From Candidatus Gottesmanbacteria bacterium (GTDB lineage: Bacteria; Patescibacteriota; Microgenomatia; UBA10105; UBA927), in NCBI GenBank assembly GCA_963711735.1, contig CAVQFA010000001.1:1-47606 (forward strand): 47,606 nucleotides of DNA. The letters run 5' to 3'. Below are positions 9,101 to 15,959 of this stretch, in pieces (the stretch's first letter is position 1; every line of letters starts with the position of its first letter). Both the position numbers and the translations under genes were made by a program. The notes under the pieces were generated by a model. That model was not told the DNA's origin and searched no databases. It worked only from the letters and a program-made list of their open reading frames with translations.

Positions 9101-10818
9101 ATGCTGATATCGGGATGTATGATCAATTTACCGGTAATAAATTATCACGCACACAAATTCAGGATTTTCTCAACGGATTATACAGCAAGTATTCACGGAG
9201 CAGACTTGTTTTTGGTCCGGGAAGGTACATCATTAAACGGGCACAGAAAACCATATCCGTTGCTCTCCGTTTTGATATGCAGTACTTATCCGGTTTAAAC
9301 GGTGTAAAGACCGTAATTCCCAACCTTATGGGCGACTACGGTCTTCATGCCGTATTTGGTGCCATACAGAATGCGGTTGATGCTTTCAATGCAAAGCACC
9401 CGAAGTATCCAATTGAACTGCATCATACGACAGGAGATGAGGGACTTATCGCACTCACTTTTTCCGTAGACAACGAGACGGTGCTAACTGACGCATTACT
9501 GAATGAACTTGTTGGCAGTATGACTGACAGCGTAGAAGCAATCAAATTACCTTATTTCAGCATTGACGCGGAAGGAAAAGAACGTGTCGAAATACGTCCT
9601 GCAAAAATACATTTTGATATAGCCAACCCACTTGAGTTTTTAAACGTACAGACCATAATCGCCAATAGTCAATTAACACTAGATGACAGGATAACACTTC
9701 TGAAAAAAGTCCAGCCGGCGCTTGCAGAATATCTCGACGATACAATCCTTGCCCAGTATGACGCTATAGATCGCGCTAAATACATCAGCCTATTTGAGGA
9801 TCTTTACTACGATCCAGTCCTATTACCCACAATGCTCGACACTTTGCTTACCAGTAATGACGGGACTTCTGAATTTCTGCCTGTAGCAGTATACAGGGAC
9901 AGAAAAAATTTTGAGGCTAATGTCAGAAATAAAAACGGGAACGGTACCGTATACCTCGTGAAAGCCGATATTCCGATAATTATGAAAAGCGAAAATTACA
10001 CGTCATATGCAGCAGGAAATATATTTAAGCAGCATTTTTTTAAGCGAGTGCTCTCTGCAATACCGCCTGATATCCGACAGAAATTTATCGGTAAGGACGG
10101 TGATTTTCTTCAATTATTTACATATGTCCGTAACTCCGAAATCTATATTGCATTACCAGGTGACATATTTGACGAAAAAGATGCCGCGTCCGTTACGGAT
10201 GCATTACAAAAGATTAACGATGTATACATGTCGTCAATGAGCAAGAAAGAATATTCAATGATCGTAGGCTCCGCGTACGTTCGTATGTCGCTTGCCGAAC
10301 CCGGGTCCCTGGTTTTTGACAAAGCGTTTGAGGAGTTGGCACCGGTGGTATTTGTAAGACAGATGCAGAAAATCTATACAACACTTGCGAACAAAGAAAC
10401 ACCATTGAGTTTTATTCCGCATTATCTCCAGTATTTCAACCCCTTTGATAAGAAGGGGATTATCCATCTGCGGGCAATAGGAGCACGACCCAGAGAGATT
10501 GTGGCATTAAGAAGGATCAGTATTGATACGGGGAACGGTATAGGATTCATCGAGCCGGACAGGCAGCCGGGATTTCGCCTTGACCTGTTGGAAATTCTGA
10601 AACGGTATATCGGTAATGAAAGTAAAACACAAACCTTAGATAAAATACCAAACCGAATATCTACACGTTTCATCGAAGTTGAACCTTTTTTCCCTGAAAG
10701 AACTCACGTATTTGCGGATGGAGTAGCGACGTACGACTCTCCGGTACCGGCTGTATCTGATACTTATACTCAGGAACAGCAGGTAAACAAGTCTCTCTTA
10801 TCTTTAATATATAGATAA
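6073..10818 (+). CDS. Giant hypothetical protein (1581 aa): N-terminal HExxH region, GNAT-like segment, degenerate GGDEF/palm-like segment, and a long conserved tail.
   Basis: 4.7-kb uninterrupted ORF starting at the first ATG after an in-frame TAA at 6046-6048. HEAVH lies at 7006-7020. From nt 7462 to the stop it is mirrored by 39715-36363 in the right-arm 3092-aa ORF, by eye roughly 90% aa identity. Confidence 0.8.
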   Translation: MRLEFLQYVVSYLNLSIGDTLLQEKSSDNDVFLTYLKELLQLSGKPWLQGTESLRVSLNPVESWSKDTAKIHFLLFHFLTDTYPDFSSYMERTYASYPERQLDRLRFGANAIRFLSDHGGLNELGEITYLKNLEKIIMLYESYTTMSSEKFTQLVRTTLADFDPDLQNAVFARMKQQEQYSPFITDSYITNGGYANPYKPFMYNGWLLNICEEEIQGFMTQRLFRQVTDEAGVDTFTKHRQDMQVFWDTAFQDTTIVRPQWFTPYLYAEKEKYDYTWQYVTSENTLANAAGMFFLRQSLSHEVTGFEQVINHEAVHQTYLSENSPRKSKGSAFIHEEVLTELLAQMITDKSQEIPQKDQGFSTYQGGVDELIDMSNDIDTKLGHGSAFTAMVRGMADYGNNLIDHPLLYFAQSYELTRGSTETEFYTRMSPFTDDILRSDPTNLAEDASFVEGGRTLNQGIPDQQTQNLTAQVISRIPSDLAVIKVTNDGLNIRNSVPLTIGEGTFQVNLEGALPVFSKLTTINQKDGYITRVTVNDANDKRIGYIDIEFTRGNQNVENIANKIGVNMSKVIFVSADVHVNDAYRQQGIATALMEYSETLAGQLLSETRKYPDMYPSDIHMVRLILDGNSTDGFTSKYAESHGYQTITTGTQYVKEIHPPLSQSTANQPTAKVVSNIRNTIQQAREGLDITQKADRLVFFRKILTLSGQKIRTAAEQNISEKEVRALEKSIVRNNKSVKNIEMIVRPFTQYLLGFIIEDNFSSQAERKQWENEVVGELISIDTSDSLDTQYFEYYNSNKLRPTPKDTFISAFEILRVTLKVPFPEEFEKRAEGIKSVNDRVRRGEVPIEEQLTNIGKSNTLVFDILNFLSIHNITPVNAVSPKQPQQNPFTRIINTITGFLEAGLGQIQNNIVVEKLLQVPAGLRETPGRLNSDGSIEPPVPAEDEEQNLTLPEVPSTDTIIQETEKVLLDENLVLKGPEELKRSLLMELGQQQYNGIMLKVLPAFDGKDADIGMYDQFTGNKLSRTQIQDFLNGLYSKYSRSRLVFGPGRYIIKRAQKTISVALRFDMQYLSGLNGVKTVIPNLMGDYGLHAVFGAIQNAVDAFNAKHPKYPIELHHTTGDEGLIALTFSVDNETVLTDALLNELVGSMTDSVEAIKLPYFSIDAEGKERVEIRPAKIHFDIANPLEFLNVQTIIANSQLTLDDRITLLKKVQPALAEYLDDTILAQYDAIDRAKYISLFEDLYYDPVLLPTMLDTLLTSNDGTSEFLPVAVYRDRKNFEANVRNKNGNGTVYLVKADIPIIMKSENYTSYAAGNIFKQHFFKRVLSAIPPDIRQKFIGKDGDFLQLFTYVRNSEIYIALPGDIFDEKDAASVTDALQKINDVYMSSMSKKEYSMIVGSAYVRMSLAEPGSLVFDKAFEELAPVVFVRQMQKIYTTLANKETPLSFIPHYLQYFNPFDKKGIIHLRAIGARPREIVALRRISIDTGNGIGFIEPDRQPGFRLDLLEILKRYIGNESKTQTLDKIPNRISTRFIEVEPFFPERTHVFADGVATYDSPVPAVSDTYTQEQQVNKSLLSLIYR
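7660..8012 (+). other. GNAT (acetyltransferase)-like segment within the 1581-aa ORF. The mirror copy is at ~39165-39520 (-).
   Basis: VIFVSADVHVNDAYRQQGIATALMEYSE resembles GNAT motif A (beta4-alpha3, R/Q-x-x-G-x-A/G). The downstream VRLILDGNSTDGFTSKYAESHGYQ resembles the motif B region. Both were read by eye only. Confidence 0.45.
9222..9560 (+). other. Degenerate GGDEF/palm nucleotide-cyclase-like segment within the 1581-aa ORF. The mirror copy is at ~37620-37960 (-).
   Basis: The order and spacing of VALRFDMQYLSGLNG .. MGDYGLHAVFGAIQNAV .. IELHHTTGDEGLIALTF resemble the GGDEF-domain pattern D-x-D-x-F-K-x-x-N-D .. G-D-x-x-L .. R-x-GGDEF-x-i. The signature motif here is TGDEG. Confidence 0.3.
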
Positions 10819-11034
10819 AATTATCTCCCAAAGGTATATTGATATTAGAAAGAAAAAATATCATTATATCCGACTAGAATTACATTACTGAGTATAAAAA
10901 ATCCTCGGGAAATACCACTTATTTTTTGCAGAGCGGAATAATGTTTTATTCGCGACAGTACACCTTTATTACAATAATTTAAAAATGAAAGAAGATTATA
11001 AAGAATTATTGTACTATTAAACACCGAAGCGAGT

Positions 11035-13599
11035 TTACTTTTTGCGGAGAGCGCGAAGAATATGTGGTGTAACGGGGATGGCAAGAGCAGTAAGGAGAGC
11101 TATGACGATGAGGATGGTTTTTGCGGTCATCGGTTGGTACCAGACCGTTACCTCCGCAACCCCGGGGTGTTCAAGCGGTATACCGATGAAAAACGGGAAC
11201 ATAATGATCGGTTTCACGCTAATTCCGTTAACCGTTGCCTTCCAGTTGGGATGAAAAGATTGTTTAAGAACAAGAAAACACTCCTTGCAGCCTTCATCCA
11301 CTTTGACAGTTGTTGTAAATATCTGGTCCGCATCTACTTTCTCAGGACCCAAAAGGGTCACTTTCGGTGCATCCCCGCCATAGAGCGGGTTTATCTCCCA
11401 GATATTCTGTCTTTCATGCGACGCAGTTAAATATGTCACTTCATCCGTCATCGTGATAGTCGGAACGCGGTACTTTTCTATCGGATCAGGCTGGGAGAAG
11501 CGTATTTCCGGGAAGAGACGAAGCTTGGTAAGGTCTGACTGGATCCATCTGCGGACGATATTGATGAGGTCCGTTTTATCAGAGACGATCCGCATAGTGC
11601 GTGTTGCCGGCACGAAGTACCCGCTCGTCGGTACTTCATAAAGAACCCAGTTTGCTGAGCGTTCTTTTTCCTCCCAGAACGGCTGCGGAGTGACATCAGG
11701 CGGGCTCGCCACATAGTGCAGATTAAACAAATCGTAATCTTTCGCAAGATCTTCGGAGAAATACTGTTCCGTATCGGAGTTCGGGGACCATGTTTCCGGG
11801 AGCCAGAGAGCTGTATTGAGTCCGTATGTTGATATATACATGAACATCTCGGTTTCCGCTATCCGGAAATTTTTACCCCATCCGCCGCCCCGTCCGACAA
11901 ACACCCGTGCGGGCGGGAGTGACTTTAAACGGGTGACGAGCTTATCAATATCAGGAGCCTGTTTATTATAATTGTCATTTCCCTGCAGGATTAAACGATT
12001 ATTCAATTCGTTGTAATATACGGTTTGTCTGTAAATGGGCGGAGTAATGATAAGGAGTACGGATGCGGTAAACGCAATAAGGGCAATTCTGCGCGCGTTA
12101 CCGTCTCCTAATTTTTTCAGAGACGTAAAACGGATACTCAGGTATGTTATAACCCATTCCGATACATACCAGATGCCGATAGGCGTGAGGATGAGTCCGG
12201 CAACATGCACACCGACGAGAAACCTGGACAAATGGAATTCCGTCATGCCGGGAATGAGATCAACAAGACCTTTCCATGTGGTGCGTCCGAAATAAAGGAG
12301 CATCCAGAAGGCAAAGAGGAAAGAAAACGCGAAGTATGACGTGCCATGTATACCTGACGGACCGGTAATTTCTACAGAATTTTTATTATTTTTTCCGTTC
12401 ATCCGGGATTGTATGTTGTTTATGAATGATATAAACGGTGCGGTGAAAAAACCAAAAAGAATAAGGAGTGTCATCACCGGAAAGCGGTTAAAGTCAAACA
12501 GTTCGCCATTTAAGAATTTGATGACGACTTCCTTCCAGCCGTAGGAGTCGAATTTCCAAACAGGATCCCAGTAGGATATGTTGTGGTAGTTATTGCCGAG
12601 AAGTACGGGAATAATCCAGTAGGAAAGGAAAAATACAACTGCAATGCCGATACAGGCAAGGCGGATAATGGACAGGAGAAAAACATTCCATATGTCCACC
12701 AAATGTTCCTGGGATAAAGCCATATAGACAGCCGGAGCAAGAGCAATTGCACCGATAGAAAGAAGCGTCATGATACCAAATCCCAGATGACCCATTGTTG
12801 CGGCAATCGTAAAGATAACCGCAAGATAAAAGTCATGCATCTGCACGGAATCAATATGATTATTTCCTTTTTTCGCTGCGTCCGCATCCTCTGAACGTTT
12901 AAAATTCCGTAAAAACGGTAAACAAATCTTTAACTCTTCAAGAATTTGAACACCTAAACCGCCGGTTGATGTAACAATATTGGTAGTTAGATACCTCCAT
13001 GAGTATGCTATAGCAGGCGGCATCCAGATCATGGCAAAAAGTTGGCTTGAAAGGCCCCACCCGCGCCACAGAAACGAGGGAGGATCGAGTCCGTATAGTC
13101 CGTCTGTAGATATATGCGCTGCAAGAATTGCTCCGGCACCTGCGATAATCCATGGGGCGCGGATAACACGGATTGCGATAAAAACGGATAAAGGAAACAG
13201 GCATAAGAGAAAATAAATGACCCAATGGTAATATTGGAATAACGTGAGGTGTAACCCGAGAGCGTGCAATATACGGTATGAACCCACAATGACTATCTGC
13301 GGGATATGGGAGTAATAGTAGGGAAGGTTATACCCCTGAGCCCAGTTCGGGACCCAATGGTCGACCATGTATGATATGTGGCAGAGAGGTCTGGCAACAA
13401 GAACCTGTTTTGTACACTGGCGGGATGCGAAATCCCAAACGGTGTTTGCCCGGTCAACGAGCGCGTACTGAAACGTATTGTCATTGGGATCCACTTTCGA
13501 CAACGGTTCAAGGCGGTATAAATCCATGTTAAACCACGTCGCATACAATAAAATGCCGATAGCTATTATTTTTTCGATGTGTTTGAAACCAAATTTCAT
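11035..13599 (-). CDS. YfhO-like polytopic membrane protein (putative GT-C glycosyltransferase).
   Basis: Long ORF with many hydrophobic segments in the N-terminal two-thirds and a soluble C-terminal region. It ends FHPNWKATVNGISVKP..GIPLEHPGVAEVTVWYQP followed by a terminal TM, a layout typical of the YfhO family. I placed the start at the ATG at 13599 (MKFGFKHIEK) because the mirror copy starts MKFGIRHIEK at 33582. The track ORF extends to 13641. Confidence 0.75.
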   Translation of the reverse strand: MKFGFKHIEKIIAIGILLYATWFNMDLYRLEPLSKVDPNDNTFQYALVDRANTVWDFASRQCTKQVLVARPLCHISYMVDHWVPNWAQGYNLPYYYSHIPQIVIVGSYRILHALGLHLTLFQYYHWVIYFLLCLFPLSVFIAIRVIRAPWIIAGAGAILAAHISTDGLYGLDPPSFLWRGWGLSSQLFAMIWMPPAIAYSWRYLTTNIVTSTGGLGVQILEELKICLPFLRNFKRSEDADAAKKGNNHIDSVQMHDFYLAVIFTIAATMGHLGFGIMTLLSIGAIALAPAVYMALSQEHLVDIWNVFLLSIIRLACIGIAVVFFLSYWIIPVLLGNNYHNISYWDPVWKFDSYGWKEVVIKFLNGELFDFNRFPVMTLLILFGFFTAPFISFINNIQSRMNGKNNKNSVEITGPSGIHGTSYFAFSFLFAFWMLLYFGRTTWKGLVDLIPGMTEFHLSRFLVGVHVAGLILTPIGIWYVSEWVITYLSIRFTSLKKLGDGNARRIALIAFTASVLLIITPPIYRQTVYYNELNNRLILQGNDNYNKQAPDIDKLVTRLKSLPPARVFVGRGGGWGKNFRIAETEMFMYISTYGLNTALWLPETWSPNSDTEQYFSEDLAKDYDLFNLHYVASPPDVTPQPFWEEKERSANWVLYEVPTSGYFVPATRTMRIVSDKTDLINIVRRWIQSDLTKLRLFPEIRFSQPDPIEKYRVPTITMTDEVTYLTASHERQNIWEINPLYGGDAPKVTLLGPEKVDADQIFTTTVKVDEGCKECFLVLKQSFHPNWKATVNGISVKPIIMFPFFIGIPLEHPGVAEVTVWYQPMTAKTILIVIALLTALAIPVTPHILRALRKK

Positions 13600-13687
13600 A
13601 AGACTTGCGGAGGTTCGGTAACGAATTTTGAAATGACGCAAAGTTATTCTTTCAGAACTGTTAATCGCTATACTGTACTTCGCTCAA

Positions 13688-13744
13688 TGCAGATTCGCAT
13701 ATATATACAGATTAATTCGTTAGTTTCAACAGAGCGAATCTGCA
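13688..13744. other. Stem-loop with an 11-bp stem in the spacer between the 644-aa gene and the YfhO-like gene. The mirror copy is at ~33436-33492.
   Basis: tgcagattcgc (13688-13698) and gcgaatctgca (13734-13744) are perfect inverse complements around a 35-nt AT-rich loop. No U-run follows on the transcribed strand, so it does not look like a classical intrinsic terminator. Confidence 0.3.
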
Positions 13745-13822
13745 GTGCATTTCAAAATTATTACCTTCACCTCCTTGTATTCTTTTTTTATTATTCTTCT
13801 AATAGCTAAACTTCTATGTATC

Positions 13823-15757
13823 TTATGGCCATAACATAGCATTGAGCCAATCCGTATGGTCATCGTTGATCCCGTCTCCCGCATCGTTGGTCACAAGTCC
13901 GAGCATTTTTACTCCCGTCACATCGACCTCTATGTGTTTGGGTAAATCGAATCGTTTGATGGGTTTGGATACAAAGAGCGGTTTATCATCACCGTAAATT
14001 TCAAATGTCGCGGAACCGTTTGGTCCTGCTTCCGTGTCGATACCGTAATCCGTTGTAAATTTTTTAAATAACCCGTTAATGTTGAATTGCTGGTAGCTTT
14101 TGGCGTGTGTGCCGTACCCATGGCGATAAAACGCATACTGGACACTGAGCCGGGACCATGTTTTGGAATTATTTTCAAGTGCAACAGGCATATCTACACG
14201 CCTCACTCCGTAATTCTGCTGGCTTATGATCGGAAAAAACTTCGTGATATACACCGGAGATTTCGTGATAAGCGGCAGATTGGAAACAAGCATAAGTGCG
14301 GCAAATGCAGATACCGGAATAATATAAAAGAAACCGGGGACGTGCCGGGTAACGGCAAAAAGGAATACTCCGAAGAGAATCATCTGGAGGTATGCAGTTG
14401 TGAGGGTAAATACCGGCAGATTCATGTCACGAAGCAGCGGCAATCCGTTTTGCGGGTAGTTGTCGACAAGCGCATTGTGGAGATTAAAAAAGTACACGAT
14501 CGTAAAGATTATAAATGCAGCAGCACTTATTTTAAACAACTTCGTGGTAAAAATAGACAACCGTTCTTTTTTTGACGACCCGGTCCACAGGAAAAAGAGG
14601 AGCCAGACAGGCAGATACACAATGATGGGAAATGCATACCGGTCATGCGATTCTGTCTGGAACAGGAAAAATGCACCGGCAACAACGATCATGGCAGTGA
14701 AAAACCGGTATAGGATATTCTGTATTTCCATCTCTGTCGGCGGTTCTATAGTACGCTTCACCATGCGGAGAACAGTCTCTTTTACCATTATGATGCACGC
14801 GTAAAGGTATGAGGACGCAAAAAGATAAAGCCCCGTAGTTTTGGCGTTCGTCATACCGACAACGGAAAACTTGTCAAGCATATGCATGCCGTTTGCTTTT
14901 GCCACAATCCACCAGAGGTTGTAGGCATTGAGGGACATGAAGGGGAAATAATCGTAGTTGACGGTGAGCTGATCAAACACAAGCTTCATTTCTTTGGCGA
15001 TGAAAAATTCCCAGTTAAGCCCGATAAAGGCAGTTGCGGCACCGGCAACGCCACGGATGAGCCCGGAAAAACCCGTTAACTGCCAGAGAAAGATGAAAAA
15101 TACAGGGCCATAGACCATATTCTGAAGTTTGGTCATCATGGATGCCATGTATATAAAACCGGCCAGATACGGTCTTTTTTTAAGCGCGAGTAAAACAGCG
15201 ATGAGAAAAACAAATACACCGAGGCTATCTACCTGTCCCCACCACGCTCCGTCTATGACGGTGATCGGATTGAGAAGAATGGATGCAGCAGCAAGGATAT
15301 AGACGACAGAGGAAAATTGGGGAAACCCGAGCACAGCGGCATATTTACCGAAATACAGGATGATGGCAAATATCCCAAAATCAGCAAACACTGCAGGGAG
15401 CTTGGAGATGGTGAGGAACAATGAATTGGTATTGGACCAATACTGCTGGAAATTATGCGGATCGGCAAAAAAACTGTACGTTTTGGTCATAAGCCCGAGG
15501 ACATACGCAAATGCCGTCGGGTAATTGTTGTTGGTGTTTTTTATCCCCCAGACAATCCCGTGGTCGTATACCGCAAGTCCCCAGGATTTCCAGAACGAGA
15601 TGTCCGCTTCAAATCCGCGGTTGGGAAGAAATACGAGGCGGATAATAAAACCTGCTGCAAAAACAACCGGAATCCAGAGGGTGGGATACTTTCGGAATAT
15701 ACGGACAATCCGTCGGTATATATTTTGGGCAGATGTCATTCCATCCATGACACTCAT
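13823..15757 (-). CDS. Polytopic GT-C-type membrane glycosyltransferase-like protein with a C-terminal NPCBM/NEW2-like carbohydrate-binding module.
   Basis: 644-codon ORF with an ATG start. The first loop contains RGFEADISFWKSWG (acidic motif), followed by more than 10 hydrophobic segments. The C-terminal ~125 aa (nt ~13826-14200), GYGTHAKSYQQFNINGLFKKFTTDYGIDTEAGPNGSATFEIYGDDKPLF..VTNDAGDGINDDHTDWLNAMLWP, match the NPCBM pattern (G-x-H-A-x-S .. F .. GiD .. F-x-v-x-gD .. D-H-x-D-W). Confidence 0.85.
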   Translation of the reverse strand: MSVMDGMTSAQNIYRRIVRIFRKYPTLWIPVVFAAGFIIRLVFLPNRGFEADISFWKSWGLAVYDHGIVWGIKNTNNNYPTAFAYVLGLMTKTYSFFADPHNFQQYWSNTNSLFLTISKLPAVFADFGIFAIILYFGKYAAVLGFPQFSSVVYILAAASILLNPITVIDGAWWGQVDSLGVFVFLIAVLLALKKRPYLAGFIYMASMMTKLQNMVYGPVFFIFLWQLTGFSGLIRGVAGAATAFIGLNWEFFIAKEMKLVFDQLTVNYDYFPFMSLNAYNLWWIVAKANGMHMLDKFSVVGMTNAKTTGLYLFASSYLYACIIMVKETVLRMVKRTIEPPTEMEIQNILYRFFTAMIVVAGAFFLFQTESHDRYAFPIIVYLPVWLLFFLWTGSSKKERLSIFTTKLFKISAAAFIIFTIVYFFNLHNALVDNYPQNGLPLLRDMNLPVFTLTTAYLQMILFGVFLFAVTRHVPGFFYIIPVSAFAALMLVSNLPLITKSPVYITKFFPIISQQNYGVRRVDMPVALENNSKTWSRLSVQYAFYRHGYGTHAKSYQQFNINGLFKKFTTDYGIDTEAGPNGSATFEIYGDDKPLFVSKPIKRFDLPKHIEVDVTGVKMLGLVTNDAGDGINDDHTDWLNAMLWP

Positions 15758-15802
15758 TGTGACAAAAAGAAGGTCGGGAGTAAAGAGAGAACATGTATAG
15801 AG

Positions 15803-15817
15803 ATTTACGATTTACGA
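15803..15817 (-). promoter_or_regulatory. Two overlapping TCGTAAAT motifs (read on the minus strand), ending 45 nt upstream of the 644-aa gene start.
   Basis: The plus strand reads atttacgatttacga. The same octamer sits 45 nt upstream of the mirror gene (31372-31379, ATG 31425) and 47 nt upstream of both 251-aa gene copies. Confidence 0.35.
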
Positions 15818-15959
15818 GATACGACCCGCCTGCAACGCTTTCGCATAGCGATGGCGGGCAGGTTTACGATTGAGTAAAATGCGGACATGGAATACGAGAT
15901 GCGATGTACGATTCAAGAATATCAAATATTAAACCTTAAATCTTAAATCGATTCCGGCA

